Shown: positions 60,547-64,000 of the stretch, piece after piece
Layout: each line of letters opens with the position of its first letter
Position numbering within the stretch: the stretch's first letter is position 1
The notes under the pieces: model-generated
What the model saw: only the letters and a program-made list of their open reading frames with translations
Told to the model about the DNA's origin: nothing
The model's database searches: none
Program-made: the position numbers and the translations under genes
Assembly (NCBI GenBank): GCA_965603825.1
Contig: CBFDEM010000008.1
Coordinates: 187,371-251,370 of the forward strand
Direction: 5' to 3'
Length of the DNA: 64,000 nucleotides
Origin: Blepharisma stoltei ATCC 30299
Taxonomy: Eukaryota > Protista > Ciliophora

Positions 60547-63500
60547 GTAGGGTGTTAGGGTGTTAGGGTGTTAGGGGTGTTAGGGTGTTAGGGTGTTAGG
60601 GTGTTAGGGTGTTAGGGTGTTAGGGTGTTAGGGTGTTAGGGTGTTAGGGTGTTAGGGTGTTAGGGTGTTAGGGTGTTAGGGTGTTAGGGTGTTAGGGTGT
60701 TAGGGTGTTAGGGTGTGTTAGGGTGTTAGGGTGTTAGGGTGTTAGGGGTGTTAGGGTGTTAGGGTGTTAGGGTGTTAGGGTGTTAGGGTGTTAGGGTGTT
60801 AGGGTGTTAGGGTGTTAGGGTGTTAGGGTGTTAGGGTGTTAGGGTGTTAGGGTGTTAGGGGGTGTTAGGGTGTTAGGGTGTTAGGGTGTTAGGGTGTTAG
60901 GGTGTTAGGGTGTTAGGGTGTTAGGGTGTTAGGGTGTTAGGGGTGTTAGGGTGTTAGGGTGTTAGGGTGTTAGGGTGTTAGGGTGTTAGGGTGTTAGGGT
61001 GTTAGGGTGTTAGGGTGTTAGGGTGTTAGGGTGTTAGGGTGTTAGGGTGTTAGGGTGTTAGGGTGTTAGGGTGTTAGGGTGTTAGGGTGTTAGGGTGTTA
61101 GGGTGTTAGGGTGTTAGGGTGTTAGGGTGTTAGGGTGTTAGGGTGTTAGGGTGTTAGGGTGTTAGGGTGTTAGGGTGTTAGGGTGTTAGGGTGTTAGGGT
61201 GTTAGGGTGTTAGGGTGTTAGGGTGTTAGGGTGTTAGGGTGTTAGGGTGTTAGGGTGTTAGGGTGTTAGGGTGTTAGGGTGTTAGGGTGTTAGGGTGTTA
61301 GGGTGTTAGGGTGTTAGGGTGTTAGGGTGTTAGGGTGTTAGGGTGTTAGGGTGTTAGGGTGTTAGGGTGTTAGGGTGTTAGGGTGTTAGGGTGTTAGGGT
61401 GTTAGGGTGTTAGGGTGTTAGGGTGTTAGGGTGTTAGGGTGTTAGGGTGTTAGGGTGTTAGGGTGTTAGGGTGTTAGGGTGTTAGGGTGTTAGGGTGTTA
61501 GGGTGTTAGGGTGTTAGGGTGTTAGGGTGTTAGGGTGTTAGGGTGTTAGGGTGTTAGGGTGTTAGGGTGTTAGGGTGTTAGGGTGTTAGGGTGTTAGGGT
61601 GTTAGGGTGTTAGGGTTAGGGTGTTAGGGTTAGGGTGTTAGGGTGTTAGGGTGTTAGGGTGTTAGGGTGTTAGGGTGTTAGGGTGTTAGGGTGTTAGGGT
61701 GTTAGGGTGTTAGGGTGTTAGGGTGTTAGGGTGTTAGGGTGTTAGGGTGTTAGGGTGTTAGGGTGTTAGGGTGTTAGGGTGTTAGGGTGTTAGGGTGTTA
61801 GGGTGTTAGGGTGTTAGGGTGTTAGGGTGTTAGGGTGTTAGGGTGTTAGGGTGTTAGGGTGTTAGGGTGTTAGGGTGTTAGGGTGTTAGGGTGTTAGGGT
61901 GTTAGGGTGTTAGGGTGTTAGGGTGTTAGGGTGTTAGGGTGTTAGGGTGTTAGGGTGTTAGGGTGTTAGGGTGTTAGGGTGTTAGGGTGTTAGGGTGTTA
62001 GGGTGTTAGGGTGTTAGGGTGTTAGGGTGTTAGGGTGTTAGGGTGTTAGGGTGTTAGGGTGTTAGGGTGTTAGGGTGTTAGGGTGTTAGGGTGTTAGGGT
62101 GTTAGGGTGTTAGGGTGTTAGGGTGTTAGGGTGTTAGGGTGTTAGGGTGTTAGGGTGTTAGGGTGTTAGGGTGTTAGGGTGTTAGGGTGTTAGGGTGTTA
62201 GGGTGTTAGGGTGTTAGGGTGTTAGGGTGTTAGGGTGTTAGGGTGTTAGGGTGTTAGGGTGTTAGGGTGTTAGGGTGTTAGGGTGTTAGGGTGTTAGGGT
62301 GTTAGGGTGTTAGGGTGTTAGGGTGTTAGGGTGTTAGGGTGTTAGGGTGTTAGGGTGTTAGGGTGTTAGGGTGTTAGGGTGTTAGGGTGTTAGGGTGTTA
62401 GGGTGTTAGGGTGTTAGGGTGTTAGGGTGTTAGGGTGTTAGGGTGTTAGGGTGTTAGGGTGTTAGGGTGTTAGGGTGTTAGGGTGTTAGGGTGTTAGGGT
62501 GTTAGGGTGTTAGGGTGTTAGGGTGTTAGGGTGTTAGGGTGTTAGGGTGTTAGGGTGTTAGGGTGTTAGGGTGTTAGGGTGTTAGGGTGTTAGGGTGTTA
62601 GGGTGTTAGGGTGTTAGGGTGTTAGGGTGTTAGGGTGTTAGGGTGTTAGGGTGTTAGGGTGTTAGGGTGTTAGGGTGTTAGGGTGTTAGGGTGTTAGGGT
62701 GTTAGGGTGTTAGGGTGTTAGGGTGTTAGGGTGTTAGGGTGTTAGGGTGTTAGGGTGTTAGGGTGTTAGGGTGTTAGGGTGTTAGGGTGTTAGGGTGTTA
62801 GGGTGTTAGGGTGTTAGGGTGTTAGGGTGTTAGGGTGTTAGGGTGTTAGGGTGTTAGGGTGTTAGGGTGTTAGGGTGTTAGGGTGTTAGGGTGTTAGGGT
62901 GTTAGGGTGTTAGGGTGTTAGGGTGTTAGGGTGTTAGGGTGTTAGGGTGTTAGGGTGTTAGGGTGTTAGGGTGTTAGGGTGTTAGGGTGTTAGGGTGTTA
63001 GGGTGTTAGGGTGTTAGGGTGTTAGGGTGTTAGGGTGTTAGGGTGTTAGGGTGTTAGGGTGTTAGGGTGTTAGGGTGTTAGGGTGTTAGGGTGTTAGGGT
63101 GTTAGGGTGTTAGGGTGTTAGGGTGTTAGGGTGTTAGGGTGTTAGGGTGTTAGGGTGTTAGGGTGTTAGGGTGTTAGGGTGTTAGGGTGTTAGGGTGTTA
63201 GGGTGTTAGGGTGTTAGGGTGTTAGGGTGTTAGGGTGTTAGGGTGTTAGGGTGTTAGGGTGTTAGGGTGTTAGGGTGTTAGGGTGTTAGGGTGTTAGGGT
63301 GTTAGGGTGTTAGGGTGTTAGGGTGTTAGGGTGTTAGGGTGTTAGGGTGTTAGGGTGTTAGGGTGTTAGGGTGTTAGGGTGTTAGGGTGTTAGGGTGTTA
63401 GGGTGTTAGGGTGTTAGGGTGTTAGGGTGTTAGGGTGTTAGGGTGTTAGGGTGTTAGGGTGTTAGGGTGTTAGGGTGTTAGGGTGTTAGGGTGTTAGGGT

Positions 63501-64000
63501 GTTAGGGTGTTAGGGTGTTAGGGTGTTAGGGTGTTAGGGTGTTAGGGTGTTAGGGTGTTAGGGTGTTAGGGTGTTAGGGTGTTAGGGTGTTAGGGTGTTA
63601 GGGTGTTAGGGTGTTAGGGTGTTAGGGTGTTAGGGTGTTAGGGTGTTAGGGTGTTAGGGTGTTAGGGTGTTAGGGTGTTAGGGTGTTAGGGTGTTAGGGT
63701 GTTAGGGTGTTAGGGTGTTAGGGTGTTAGGGTGTTAGGGTGTTAGGGTGTTAGGGTGTTAGGGTGTTAGGGTGTTAGGGTGTTAGGGTGTTAGGGTGTTA
63801 GGGTGTTAGGGTGTTAGGGTGTTAGGGTGTTAGGGTGTTAGGGTGTTAGGGTGTTAGGGTGTTAGGGTGTTAGGGTGTTAGGGTGTTAGGGTGTTAGGGT
63901 GTTAGGGTGTTAGGGTGTTAGGGTGTTAGGGTGTTAGGGTGTTAGGGTGTTAGGGTGTTAGGGTGTTAGGGTGTTAGGGTGTTAGGGTGTTAGGGTGTTA
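60545..64000 (+). repeat. Telomere, (TGTTAGGG)n = (CCCTAACA)n, >=3.45 kb, G-rich strand towards the end
   Basis: Near-perfect 8-bp tandem repeat to the window edge. CCCTAACA is the known heterotrich (Stentor/Blepharisma) telomeric unit. Confidence 0.97.

Noticed and set aside
60545-64000. CRISPR array or coding repeat
   Set aside because: There are no spacers; it is a pure 8-bp telomeric repeat.

Overview
This is the last 64 kb of a heterotrich ciliate macronuclear chromosome, very likely Blepharisma. Three signatures support this: a terminal (TGTTAGGG)n = CCCTAACA telomere from ~60545, UGA read as Trp (TGA aligns with TGG in paralogs and rejoins the split ORFs), and 15-nt GT-AG introns. The proximal half holds a 3133-aa Cys-rich polycystin-1-like surface receptor (REJ-GPS-5TM), a DDX11/Chl1 helicase, several Zn-finger/coiled-coil/TPR and kelch-like/TPR genes, a kinase relic, and a cathepsin-L-like gene with an altered active site and an in-frame TAG. 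The distal half (29.8-60.1 kb) is a subtelomeric array of 12 divergent, minimal ubiquitin-specific protease (USP/C19) genes plus 2 relics. The copies are active, catalytically dead, membrane-anchored, Zn-finger-fused or frameshifted. Ten have an intron at the same site; in the other two it has been partly deleted and become coding sequence. Inside the array sits a small, non-canonical ubiquitin-like gene ending in GG-F that shares an upstream 10-bp motif with the USPs. This UBL plus USP array is the best candidate for an undescribed system. All calls come from manual translation and motif recognition, not database searches.
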